From Alphaproteobacteria bacterium (GTDB lineage Bacteria > Pseudomonadota > Alphaproteobacteria > Reyranellales > Reyranellaceae), in contig VGCQ01000001.1 in assembly GCA_016870055.1 (NCBI GenBank), positions 6,713-70,712 of the forward strand: DNA of 64,000 nucleotides, read 5' to 3'. A program made the translations under genes and the position numbers. Every line of letters begins with the position of its first letter. The first letter of the stretch is position 1. Under the pieces are notes generated by a model, which ran no database searches, had not been told where the DNA came from, and saw nothing but the letters and a program-made list of their open reading frames with translations. Of this stretch, positions 31,358-41,519 are shown one piece after another.

Positions 31358-32251
31358 CTAGAGGCGGTAGGTCGAATCGATCGCCGCCCGGCCATCCTCG
31401 GACTTCACGCGACCGTCCTTCACCATCTGGACGAGGTGCGCCAGCATCGAACGGCCAGCCGCGGCATGCAGATGCTGCGGCACGTCGGCGTAGTTCCTGG
31501 CGACCATCTGCGGGATGGTCTGCGGCCCTTCCTTCAGCCGCGCCATGATCTGCGCCTCGCGGCCCAGGCGATGCTCGATATAGGCTTGCACGAACGGCAC
31601 GGGGTTGCGGATCTCTGCGCCGTGCGTGGGGATGTAGAGCTGCTCCTGGCGCGGCAGGAGCTTGCGCAGGGAGGCGAAGTAGTCGGCCATGTTGCCGTCA
31701 GGTGGAGAGATCACCGCCGTCGACCAGCCCATGACGTGATCGCCCGACAACAGCGCCTTGTCTTCCTTCACGGCAAAGCAGAGATGATTGGAGATGTGGC
31801 CCGGTGTGTAGACCGCCTCGACGGTCCAGCCGTCGCCCTGCACCACGTCACCGTCGTCGAGCTTGATGTCGGGCGCGAAGGAGAAGTCGCCCTCCTGCTC
31901 CGTCGCCTGGCCGGCCGGCGGCCGGGGATGAGGACCATAGCTGTAGACCTTGGCGCCGGTCGCCTTGGCGATCGCGGGAGTCGCCGGCACGTGATCGACA
32001 TGGGTATGGGTGACGAAGATGTGCGTCACCGTCTCGCCGCGCACGGCGCGCAGCACGGCGTCGATGTGATCCTGCTGGTCGGGTCCGGGATCGACGATCG
32101 CCACCTTGCCGTGGCCGACGAGGTAGGTGCCGGTGCCTTTGAAAGTGAACGGGTTGGGATTGCGCGCGACCACGCGGCGGATTTGGGGTGTCACCTCCAT
32201 CGCCGTGCCGTAGTCGAACTTGAACTCCTTGATGAACGGAATGCCGGGCAT
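31358..32251 (-). CDS. MBL-fold metallo-hydrolase (LACTB2-like, C-terminal winged helix)
   Basis: NPNPFTFKGT, THTHVDH, TPGHISNH, SGDHVMG and PTHG. Confidence 0.9.
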   Translation of the reverse strand: MPGIPFIKEFKFDYGTAMEVTPQIRRVVARNPNPFTFKGTGTYLVGHGKVAIVDPGPDQQDHIDAVLRAVRGETVTHIFVTHTHVDHVPATPAIAKATGAKVYSYGPHPRPPAGQATEQEGDFSFAPDIKLDDGDVVQGDGWTVEAVYTPGHISNHLCFAVKEDKALLSGDHVMGWSTAVISPPDGNMADYFASLRKLLPRQEQLYIPTHGAEIRNPVPFVQAYIEHRLGREAQIMARLKEGPQTIPQMVARNYADVPQHLHAAAGRSMLAHLVQMVKDGRVKSEDGRAAIDSTYRL

Positions 32252-32260
32252 GAGTGTTTC

Positions 32261-33934
32261 CTATCGCGCCGGCGGCACGAGCTTGTAGAGCGTGTTGCGG
32301 ATGTCGGAACTGACATAGACGACGCCGCCCGCTCCCACCGCCACGCCGGTCGGCACCAGCCCGGGCGGCCCACCGGGAAACGCCGGCAGGCCGATATCGA
32401 GATTGGACGCGATCACCGTCTTGGCGCCCGTCGCAGGGTCGATGGCGACCACGCGTTTCTGGCCGACCTCGGCGACATACAGCCGGCCGCCGGGCCCGAC
32501 CGCGATGCCCTCGGGTCCCGCCAGCCCGTCGGCAACGACCCGACGCGTTCTGGTCGCGGGCTCGATCAGCACCACGGCGCCGGCGGCGATCTCGGTGATG
32601 TAGATCGAGTCGCCCGGGCCTTGCGCCATCGCCACCGGTCCACGCAGTTCCTTGGCGACGATGGTGCGCGTCTTGCCGTCGGCACTCACCTTCACCAGGT
32701 TGGCGGTCGCCAGTTCGGCGACGTAGAGAGAGCCATCGGCCATCTCCAACGCATCGACCGGGGCGGCGAACTCGCCGAGCGTGGCAACAAGCTTGCCGGT
32801 CTTGCGATCGACCTTCTCCACGGTGTTGGAGAACCAGCTGGTCAGCAGGACGTGCTTGGTCCCGACCGATATGCCGAGCGGATAGGCGTGGGTCTCGCCA
32901 TGGACGCGGATCACGTCGTGCACCACGCCGGTCTGGCCGTCGACCGTGCGATAGCTGAACACGTCGGCAACGTGCACGACATCCCGGCCGCCCTCGGTCA
33001 CGACGGCGATGTCGGCGGGCACTGCGAGCTTGCCTTCGACGATGGTCTTGTAGGCGCCGGTCTGCTTGTCGACCAGGTAGATGCCGTTGTCGGTCATCGA
33101 AGAGACGAACAGACGGCCGCGTGAATCGAAAGCGAGATTGTCGAGGCCGGGCTTCATGGAGGCGACCAGGCGCTTGGCCTTGCTGGTGAGGCTGACGCTC
33201 CAGATGCCACCGGTGCCAGTGTCGACGACATAGACGTTGTCGCGGTTCTGCGGATCGATGTTGGCGGCGGCCGGAGTCTTGAAGCCTTCGGCGATGACCT
33301 CGACGGCGCCGGTCTCGAGGTTGACCTTGACGATCTCGCCCTTGAACCACAGCGGGCCATAGAGGAAGCCATCGTCCTTGTGGATCTCGAAGCCGTTCAG
33401 GCCGCCCAGCTTGTCGGCGACGCGGCGCAGCTCGCTGCGCGGGAAGGGCTTGAAGTCGGGCTTGTCGGCGTTCTTGAGATCGATCTCGTAAAGCGCGTCG
33501 CCGATGAAGACCTCGGACACGAACAGCCGGCCGTCCTTGCCGAAGGCCAGCGAATTGGGGCCCCCCATGCCGTGCGCGACCTCGATGGTCTTGCCGTTGG
33601 GCCGGCGGATATAGACCTTGCCCAGGAGAAAGGCGGTCCAGGCCATGGTGCCGTCGTCGGCGAAGGCGATGTCGTCGGCCATGCCCATCGGCGGGTCGAT
33701 GATGCGATCGACCTCGCCCGTGTCGACCTGCACGCGATAGAGCGTCTGGCCGACCACCGAGCCGGCAAAGAGCTGATCGTCCTTGTTGAAGGCAAGCCCG
33801 TGCACGCCGTGGAACGACGAACCCTGCACCAGGAATTGTTGACTGTATTCCCTGGGCGCGGCCGGCTGCGCCAGGGCGCTGCCGGTCGCAGCGAACACCA
33901 AAGCCAGCGACGAGATGACCCGCCCCCACCCCAT
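32261..33934 (-). CDS. Exported multi-bladed beta-propeller protein (SMP-30/NHL-like repeats)
   Basis: Signal peptide plus about 10 or more repeats of the type G.(P/D).LAF..DG.L(Y/F)V. Confidence 0.75.
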   Translation of the reverse strand: MGWGRVISSLALVFAATGSALAQPAAPREYSQQFLVQGSSFHGVHGLAFNKDDQLFAGSVVGQTLYRVQVDTGEVDRIIDPPMGMADDIAFADDGTMAWTAFLLGKVYIRRPNGKTIEVAHGMGGPNSLAFGKDGRLFVSEVFIGDALYEIDLKNADKPDFKPFPRSELRRVADKLGGLNGFEIHKDDGFLYGPLWFKGEIVKVNLETGAVEVIAEGFKTPAAANIDPQNRDNVYVVDTGTGGIWSVSLTSKAKRLVASMKPGLDNLAFDSRGRLFVSSMTDNGIYLVDKQTGAYKTIVEGKLAVPADIAVVTEGGRDVVHVADVFSYRTVDGQTGVVHDVIRVHGETHAYPLGISVGTKHVLLTSWFSNTVEKVDRKTGKLVATLGEFAAPVDALEMADGSLYVAELATANLVKVSADGKTRTIVAKELRGPVAMAQGPGDSIYITEIAAGAVVLIEPATRTRRVVADGLAGPEGIAVGPGGRLYVAEVGQKRVVAIDPATGAKTVIASNLDIGLPAFPGGPPGLVPTGVAVGAGGVVYVSSDIRNTLYKLVPPAR

Positions 33935-34022
33935 TCCGTTCCCTCCGACGTCTTTGCGGCGCGGACTTTAGACCGGACGACGAATTTTGTAACGCCGAAC
34001 CGGTCGGCTACCATACCCGGAC

Positions 34023-34901
34023 ATGCGGCGGTTTCTCGCTCTTGTCATTCTGCTCGGCATTGCGGTCGCGGCGATCGGCGGCAGCGCACGGGCCCAGCAG
34101 ACCGTACGGTTCGCCGCCCTCGACGGCGCGAACGGCGCGGCGCCGACCGAGCTCGTCGGCTACCTGTTCCTGCCCGTCGGGCCGGGCCCGCACGCCGCCA
34201 TCGTGTTCATGCACGGCTGCGGCGGGTTGTTCGCACGCGCCACCGGCGAGATCGTGGCACGCGAGACCGCGTGGCGCCGCTCGCTGGTCGAGCGCGGCTT
34301 CGCCGTGTTGATGGTCGACGGCTTCGGGCCGCGCAACACCACCGAGATCTGCTCGCCCGCCAGCTTCAAGCCGGGCCTCTATGCCCGGCGGCCGGGCGAC
34401 GCCTATGCCGCGCTGCTTTTCCTGCGCAGCCGGCCCGACATCAGCCACGATCGCATCGGCCTGATGGGCTGGTCGAACGGTGGCGGCGCGGTGCTGATGG
34501 CCGTCGCTGAGCGCAGCAGCGGACGGCCAGCGAATTTCACCGGGCCGGACTTTCGTGCCGCGGTCGCGTTCTATCCCGGCTCGTGCAGCCCGCAACGGCT
34601 TGGCCCCGACTGGACGACCGAGATTCCCCTGCTGATCCTGGTCGGCGAGGACGATGTCTGGACGCCGGCGGCGCCGTGCCAGGAACAGGCCGAGCAGGCG
34701 GCGCATCTCGGTGCCCCGGTCGTCTTCCACGCCTATCCCGGCGCCCACCACGATTTCGACTGGCCGGGTCTCAAGCGCCGTGAGTTGCCGGCCTTCACGA
34801 TGCGATCCGGCGTCGTGCCGATCGTGGCCGAAGACCCCGCCGCCCGGGCCGATGCGCTGGACCGCGTTGGCGCTTTTCTGGCACGTCACATGTCGAATTG
34901 A
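34023..34901 (+). CDS. Exported dienelactone hydrolase-family protein
   Basis: Signal peptide, [20 protein letters not shown] and GAHHDFD. Confidence 0.85.
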   Translation: MRRFLALVILLGIAVAAIGGSARAQQTVRFAALDGANGAAPTELVGYLFLPVGPGPHAAIVFMHGCGGLFARATGEIVARETAWRRSLVERGFAVLMVDGFGPRNTTEICSPASFKPGLYARRPGDAYAALLFLRSRPDISHDRIGLMGWSNGGGAVLMAVAERSSGRPANFTGPDFRAAVAFYPGSCSPQRLGPDWTTEIPLLILVGEDDVWTPAAPCQEQAEQAAHLGAPVVFHAYPGAHHDFDWPGLKRRELPAFTMRSGVVPIVAEDPAARADALDRVGAFLARHMSN

Positions 34902-34966
34902 CGGGTGCCTCCCGTCGACCGAATAGGGTAACCAACTCATTCGATAGGTATCGCAGGAGGGAAATC

Positions 34967-36118
<1,152 letters not shown>

Positions 36119-36124
36119 TGACAG

Positions 36125-36195
36125 TCATTGGACCGCGGGGCTCCAGCCCCGCTCACGCTCTCGAGCGGGGCTGGAGCCCCGCGGTCCGAAGACCA
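36125..36195. repeat. REP doublet (REPIN-like), copy B
   Basis: 25-bp perfect inverted repeat GGACCGCGGGGCTCCAGCCCCGCTC (36130-36154 / 36163-36187) with the same flanks as copy A. Confidence 0.85.
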
Positions 36196-36905
36196 TGATC
36201 CGCGCCTTCGAGCTGGCGGCTCGCCAACTGGGCGACCCCAAGCTGCGCGGCATCATCTGGTGGTCGCTGCTGCTCAGCCTGGTGCTGCAGGTGGCGATCG
36301 CGGCGCTCGCCTGGTGGGGGTTGAAATCGCTCGCCACCTTCGAGATGAAGTGGATCAACGACGCCATCGTCTGGTTGAGCGGCGCCGGCGTGGGAGTGCT
36401 GGCGTTCCTGCTGTTCCCGGCGAGCTTCGGCATCGTGATCTCGATCTTTCTCGAAAGAATCGCCGACATCGTCGAAGCCGAGCACTATCCGGCGCTGGGG
36501 CCGGCGCGGGGCATTCCGATCTGGACCGGTCTGTGGACGGGCGTCGTGTTCCTGCTCGCCGTGCTCGCGCTCAACCTGGTGATGCTGCCGTTCTACCTGC
36601 TGGCGCTGTTCGTGGCGGGGCTGGGCGCCGTGCTGTTCTATGCCGTCAACGGCTGGCTCGCCGCACGCGTCTACTACGAGCAGGTGGCGTTGCGACGCCT
36701 CGACCCTGCCCAAGTCAAGGCCTGGCGCCGCGCCAACGCCGGGGTGCTGTGGCTGACCGGCATCGCGATCGTGTTCCTGGGCACGATCCCGATCCTGAAC
36801 TTGGTCGTGCCGGTGCTCGGCGTGGCGGCGATGGTCCATGTCGCCCAGACATTGCGACCACCGGCCGCGAGCCGGCCCTTTAATCCCCCGACGACGACGC
36901 GCTAG
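36195..36905 (+). CDS. EI24/CysZ-like membrane protein
   Basis: Multi-TM protein with FLERIADIVEAEHYP, YYE.VALRR and IPILNLVVPV.G.AAMVH patterns. Confidence 0.8.
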   Translation: MIRAFELAARQLGDPKLRGIIWWSLLLSLVLQVAIAALAWWGLKSLATFEMKWINDAIVWLSGAGVGVLAFLLFPASFGIVISIFLERIADIVEAEHYPALGPARGIPIWTGLWTGVVFLLAVLALNLVMLPFYLLALFVAGLGAVLFYAVNGWLAARVYYEQVALRRLDPAQVKAWRRANAGVLWLTGIAIVFLGTIPILNLVVPVLGVAAMVHVAQTLRPPAASRPFNPPTTTR

Positions 36906-36914
36906 ACTGCAGCG

Positions 36915-37307
36915 ATGAAGCAAAGGGGTTGGGGGACTCTCGCCTGCGGCATGCTGCTGGCCGGCTGCATGACCGACGAACAGCCGCAATATTCGCTGAC
37001 CGGCGGCGAGAAGGGTGTGTTCAGCTCGCGCAATGCCGGCTCGCCGATCCCGCTCGATCGCATCAAGGGGCTCGACGAGGCGCAGCTCTCCGCCTTGTTC
37101 GGTGCCGGCGAGCTCGACCGCAAGGACGATCCAGCGCGTGCGCTGCGCTACAAGTCCGACGCCTGCGTGCTGTTCGTCTATCTTTATCGCCGCGGCGGCG
37201 CCAATTGGCGCGCCGAGTTCGCCGATGCCTACGATCTCCACCTACGGCCGCTGCCGGTCGACCAGTGCGCGGGCTCGGTGGCCGCGCAGAAGAGGCGCGT
37301 CGCTTAA
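36915..37307 (+). CDS. Hypothetical lipoprotein
   Basis: Lipobox LLAGC. The FG.GELDRKD.PA..LRY.SDAC.L.V.LY pattern is typical of small alphaproteobacterial lipoproteins. Confidence 0.75.
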   Translation: MKQRGWGTLACGMLLAGCMTDEQPQYSLTGGEKGVFSSRNAGSPIPLDRIKGLDEAQLSALFGAGELDRKDDPARALRYKSDACVLFVYLYRRGGANWRAEFADAYDLHLRPLPVDQCAGSVAAQKRRVA

Positions 37308-37582
37308 ATTCCTTTCAACGGCAGCCGAGGCAAGCATGCGGCGCGCCCGCTGCACCAGATTGGCAAGCCAACCCAGGCCGATGCCGCGAGCGCAAGACCC
37401 GGTTGCACGGCCTGTGCGAGCCCGACCAGCGAAGAGATGAGACCGACCAGGGGCAGGACGGCCAATCGAGACGGCGACATTCTGGCGGGGTTGAGGCCCC
37501 GCCAACCCTGCCACAGCACGAGCAATAGGAGTGGCCAGACCCATAGTGGGGTGTAGATGACGACTTGCAGGGCAAACGACAT
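37304..37582 (-). pseudogene. Truncated membrane-protein gene resembling the N-terminus of DUF6622-type proteins
   Basis: MSFALQVVIYTPLWVWPLL...SPSRLAVLP, then the sequence degenerates after about 65 aa. GGAG RBS upstream; divergent from the LytTR gene. Confidence 0.45.
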
Positions 37583-37693
37583 GGGGTAGCTCCCGACTTC
37601 ACGCCAACCATCGCGGGCGTCGTTGCAGGCGGCCATCGTCGTTGCGCGGAATCGCTGGTCTTTTTCGCGAACAATCGGAATCATCCGTTCGCG

Positions 37694-38482
37694 ATGCGCG
37701 AACTGCCCTACATCCGGTCGATCCCCCAGCAATTCCCCTGGGTGCTGGGCCTCGCCGTCGTCATGGCGGTAACGGGCCCGTTCGGCAGCTACAGGGCGAC
37801 GAGCCTCGGTATCCGCCTGATCTACTTCGTCGCGACCGGCCTCTTGATCTGGCTGCAGGTGCTGGGCTTCGCCGCCCTGATCGCCCAGGTCGAAGCGACC
37901 GAGCGCTGGTCGATCACGCTGCGCATGGCGCTGACCGGAATACTGGCCGCCATACCGGCCACGGTGGAGATCATCCTCCTGCATGGCTGGCTGGTGCGAC
38001 CGACGCCGTTCAGCGCCGCACTCGAGATCTATCCGCAAACAGCATTCCTGACGGCGGTCATCGCCGTCGTGGTCGGCCTGTTCATCGAGCAGCGCCTGCA
38101 CGCCGCCGCCGACAGCGAGCGGGCGCGCGTGGCGGCCATCGCGACGGCCGGCGCCGCCGCAGCCGCCGCGCCCGACTTCTTCCGCCGCATTCCGCCGGCG
38201 CTGGGGCGGGACCTGATCGCGCTGGAGATGGAGGACCACTATCTACGCATCCACACTGCGCTCGGCAGCGACTTGATCTTGCTGCGTCTGCGCGACGCCC
38301 TGACCGAGTTGGGCCCCTCGCGCGGCCGTCAGGTCCATCGCTCGTGGTGGGTCGCCGAAGGCGCGGTCGAGACGATCGACCGCAACAGTCGCCGACCGGT
38401 GCTGGTGTTGCGCAACGGCCTGCGCGTGCCGGTCAGCAAGACGTATCAGGAGCCGCTGAGGCAAGCAGGTTGGCTTGCCTGA
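37694..38482 (+). CDS. Membrane-anchored LytTR-domain regulator
   Basis: Four N-terminal TM segments and C-terminal LIALEMEDHYLRIHT..GS.LIL.RL.DA...G.QVHRSWWV...VPVSKTY (LytTR domain). Confidence 0.9.
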   Translation: MRELPYIRSIPQQFPWVLGLAVVMAVTGPFGSYRATSLGIRLIYFVATGLLIWLQVLGFAALIAQVEATERWSITLRMALTGILAAIPATVEIILLHGWLVRPTPFSAALEIYPQTAFLTAVIAVVVGLFIEQRLHAAADSERARVAAIATAGAAAAAAPDFFRRIPPALGRDLIALEMEDHYLRIHTALGSDLILLRLRDALTELGPSRGRQVHRSWWVAEGAVETIDRNSRRPVLVLRNGLRVPVSKTYQEPLRQAGWLA

Positions 38483-39479
38483 GTTGCGCGTCGCGATCCT
38501 CGGCGCCGGCGCCATGGGCACGGTTCATGCAGCGGCCTATGCCGGTATGGCCGACGTTTCGGTGGTCGGCGTGTTCTCGCGCAACAAGGCGCGCGCCCAA
38601 GCTGCGGCTGCACGGTGTGACGCCGAAGCCTTCGGCGACGTCGCTGCTTTGATCGGCCGCCCCGATATCGACGCGATCGACGTCTGCTTGCCAAGCCCGA
38701 TCCACCACGACGCCGTGATGGCGGCACTGGCGGCGGGCAGACACGTGTTTTGCGAAAGCCCCCTCGCGCTCGACCTCGGCGAAGCGCAGCAGATGCGCGA
38801 TGCTGCCCGCCGCACCGGCCGCCTGCTGCAGGTCGGCCTGCTGATGCGCTCGGTCGGCGCATACCGCCACATCAAGGCGATAACGGCATCGGGCCAGCAC
38901 GGGCGGTTGCTCAGCGTGACGACCTGGCGATTGGGCTCCTACCTCCATGCCGAGGCAACCGACCCCAAGGCGCACTACGGCGAGCCATCGACCGAGCTGA
39001 TGACCTTCGATTTCGACTTCGTGCAATGGGTCATGGGTGCACCCAAACGCCTGTCGGCCACGGCCGCGCGCTCCTTGCGGGGCGACAAGCCAGGCGAAAT
39101 CTCGGCGGTGCTGGACTACGAGGATGGCCGCCACGCCACTGTCATCGCCAGTGGACTGATGCCGCCGGGTTCTCCTTTCACCGTCGGCTTCCGCGCCCTG
39201 TTCGAAGGGGCGGTCTATCGCCATCAGAACGTTTTCGAAGGCGGTCCGCCCAAAAGCTCCTTCACCGTCGTCGAGGGCCGGTCGCCCGGCCAGCCCGTGG
39301 CGATGCAAGACCGCGACCCCTATCAAGTCGAGCTGCAACACTTCGTCGACTGCATTCAAAGCCGCGCCGATCCCGCCCTGCTCGACGCCGATCGGGCGAT
39401 CGAAGCGCTGGTCCTGTCGACGGCCACGCAACGGTCACTCAGCGAACACCGCGCGGTCGACGGCTTCACGAGCGCGTGA
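38475..39479 (+). CDS. Gfo/Idh/MocA-family oxidoreductase
   Basis: ILGAGAMG, DVCLPSPIH and HVFCESP. The TTG start overlaps the end of the LytTR gene. Confidence 0.88.
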   Translation: MPELRVAILGAGAMGTVHAAAYAGMADVSVVGVFSRNKARAQAAAARCDAEAFGDVAALIGRPDIDAIDVCLPSPIHHDAVMAALAAGRHVFCESPLALDLGEAQQMRDAARRTGRLLQVGLLMRSVGAYRHIKAITASGQHGRLLSVTTWRLGSYLHAEATDPKAHYGEPSTELMTFDFDFVQWVMGAPKRLSATAARSLRGDKPGEISAVLDYEDGRHATVIASGLMPPGSPFTVGFRALFEGAVYRHQNVFEGGPPKSSFTVVEGRSPGQPVAMQDRDPYQVELQHFVDCIQSRADPALLDADRAIEALVLSTATQRSLSEHRAVDGFTSA

Positions 39480-39543
39480 GGCGAGTCATCCGGGACGTGA
39501 TCTCCGAACGTCTAAGAGACGACAAGCGAGAGGAGGAGATCGC

Positions 39544-40335
39544 ATGGCCTCGACAAAGGGTTTTGGACATCTCGTCGGCGTGTCATTGCTGGCGCTGACC
39601 ATTGGTTCTCTGCAAGCCGGGGCCGCGACCCTGGTCGGCCTCACGACCGACAACAAGCTGGTGCTGATCGATACCGCGACGCAGACGGCCTCGGCGCCGA
39701 CGGCGATCTCGGGCGCCGACAAGGTGGTCGGCATCGATGTGCGGCCGGCCGATGGCAAGCTCTATGGTCTGACCGACTCCGGTCAGCTGGTGGTGATCGA
39801 CCATACCAACGGCAAGGCGACGCCCGGCGCCATGCTTTCGGAGAAGCGGCCGCTGGGACCGCGCCCGGTGGTCGACTTCAACCCGGTGGCCGATCGCCTG
39901 CGCGTCGTCGGCGCCGACGGCGCGAACCTGCGCATCAATGTCGACGACGGCACCACGACGGTCGACAAGCCGTTGAACTACGATGCCGCCGACGCCAACG
40001 CCGCCAAGAAGCCCGCCGTCGCGGCCGGCGCCTATACCAACTCGACCAAGGGCGCCAAGGGCACCGAGCTGGTGCATGTCGACAGCGGCACCGGCGCGCT
40101 GGTGGTCCAGAATCCACCCAATGACGGCGTGTTGAAGACCCGCGGCGCGGTCGGCGTTCCTGATCTTTCGGACGCGGTGATGGACATCGACAACGAGGCA
40201 GAGGGCAAGAACACCGCCTATCTGATCGCCGGCGGCACGCTCTACACGGTCGATCTCGCGACCGGAAAAGCGACGCAGGTCGGCGCCATCAAGGGCATGA
40301 CCGGCAAGCTGCTCGACGTCGCGGTGCGCAAGTAA
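39544..40335 (+). CDS. Secreted DUF4394-domain protein
   Basis: Signal peptide, GIDVRPADGKLYG, DFNPVADRLR and AGAYTN. Strong GGAGGAG RBS. Confidence 0.8.
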   Translation: MASTKGFGHLVGVSLLALTIGSLQAGAATLVGLTTDNKLVLIDTATQTASAPTAISGADKVVGIDVRPADGKLYGLTDSGQLVVIDHTNGKATPGAMLSEKRPLGPRPVVDFNPVADRLRVVGADGANLRINVDDGTTTVDKPLNYDAADANAAKKPAVAAGAYTNSTKGAKGTELVHVDSGTGALVVQNPPNDGVLKTRGAVGVPDLSDAVMDIDNEAEGKNTAYLIAGGTLYTVDLATGKATQVGAIKGMTGKLLDVAVRK

Positions 40336-40364
40336 CTGGCCAAGTAACTGGCCAAGTAACTGGC
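40329..40364 (+). repeat. Perfect tandem repeat, 3 x CAAGTAACTGGC
   Basis: Exact 12-bp units at 40329, 40341 and 40353. The first unit contains the TAA stop of the DUF4394 gene. Confidence 0.95.
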
Positions 40365-40368
40365 AAGG

Positions 40369-40395
40369 CTTCCTCCCCACTTCGTGGGGAGGAAG
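40369..40395. terminator. GC-rich hairpin between convergent genes (terminator or REP-like element)
   Basis: CTTCCTCCCCAC-TTC-GTGGGGAGGAAG, 12-bp stem. No clear U-tract. Confidence 0.55.
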
Positions 40396-40405
40396 AAGCG
40401 CTGCT

Positions 40406-41449
40406 CTACCTGCCGCCGCGATCCTCGCGCCAGAGGTCGAGACGTTCCTGGACGGGACGGTCGGAGAACGAAAACAGCACGGCGTCGCCCTTGGCGCGAT
40501 GCTCGACCGTGGCCCAGCTCGGCACCACGAAGTGATCGCGCCGCTTCCAGCCGAAAGTCTCGCCGGCGATCACGCTTTCGCCTTCGCCCTCGACCACCGA
40601 GAACACGGTGCCGTCGGTGCTGCGGTAAGGTGCGGTCGCGAAGCCCTTGGGCAGGAGCTGCATGAAGGTACCCATGGTGGCGATCGGCGCGCCGCCGCTC
40701 GCCGGATTGACGTAGCGCAGCTTGTAGCCGTGGCAAGGATCCGGCGGGCCGGCCTTGGCGAGCCCGGCCAGCGCCTCGCGCGTGCGGGCATAGGGATAGT
40801 TGAAGATCGGCGAGGTCTGGCGCTCCGGCTTCCAGTCGACCGGCAGGAGACCACTGGCGAACTTGGCGTCCGACGTGCCGGGCGGCGCGGTGATCGCCTG
40901 CTCGTCGTCCTCGCCATTCTCGGCGAAGCCTGCGTTGAACATCGCCACCATCGGAATGTCGAGGCCGTCCAGCCAGACCATAGGCTGGTTCGACTCGTTG
41001 CCGTGATCGTGCCAGGTCCAGGTCGGGGTGATGACGAAATCGCCCTCGCGCATGACGGTACGCTCGCCATCGACGGCGGTATAGGCGCCCTCGCCCTCGA
41101 CGATGAACCGCAGCGCCGACTGGGTGTGTCGGTGACTGGGCGCGACCTCGCCCGGCAGGATGAGCTGCAGGCCGGCATAGAGCGTCGGAGTGATGCAGGA
41201 ACTGCCGGGCATTGCCGGATTCTCCAGGATCAGCACGCGGCGCACTGCTTCCTTGGCGGTGATCAGCGCGCCCGACTCCATCAGGAACGGCCGCACTTTG
41301 TCGTAGTCCCAATGCGCCGCCCGGTACTTGGGCGACGGTTGCGGCGGCACGAGTTGATGCATGGCCTCCCACAGCGGCGCCATGGAAAGGCTGCCGATGC
41401 GTTCGTAGAAGTCGCGGCGCGCGTTGTTGCGGGTGGTGGGCGCGGTCAT
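40406..41449 (-). CDS. gtdA: Gentisate 1,2-dioxygenase (bicupin)
   Basis: RRVLILENP, YAGLQLILPGE, HRHTQSALRF, WTWHDHGN, WLDGLDIP and YRSTDG. Confidence 0.9.
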   Translation of the reverse strand: MTAPTTRNNARRDFYERIGSLSMAPLWEAMHQLVPPQPSPKYRAAHWDYDKVRPFLMESGALITAKEAVRRVLILENPAMPGSSCITPTLYAGLQLILPGEVAPSHRHTQSALRFIVEGEGAYTAVDGERTVMREGDFVITPTWTWHDHGNESNQPMVWLDGLDIPMVAMFNAGFAENGEDDEQAITAPPGTSDAKFASGLLPVDWKPERQTSPIFNYPYARTREALAGLAKAGPPDPCHGYKLRYVNPASGGAPIATMGTFMQLLPKGFATAPYRSTDGTVFSVVEGEGESVIAGETFGWKRRDHFVVPSWATVEHRAKGDAVLFSFSDRPVQERLDLWREDRGGR

Positions 41450-41519
41450 GAGGCCTGCGTCGGTTGACGGAGAAGCGCGCACGATAGCACAGTGCCGCAA
41501 AGTCTTCAGGGAGGAGCAA

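Noticed and set aside
39486-39514. ECF-type promoter (TCATCC...CGTCTA) upstream of the DUF4394 gene
   Set aside because: The match is too degenerate to assign, and there is no ECF sigma or anti-sigma gene in the window.
40329-40364. Possible CRISPR array
   Set aside because: The units are contiguous 12-mers with no spacers, and there are no cas genes.
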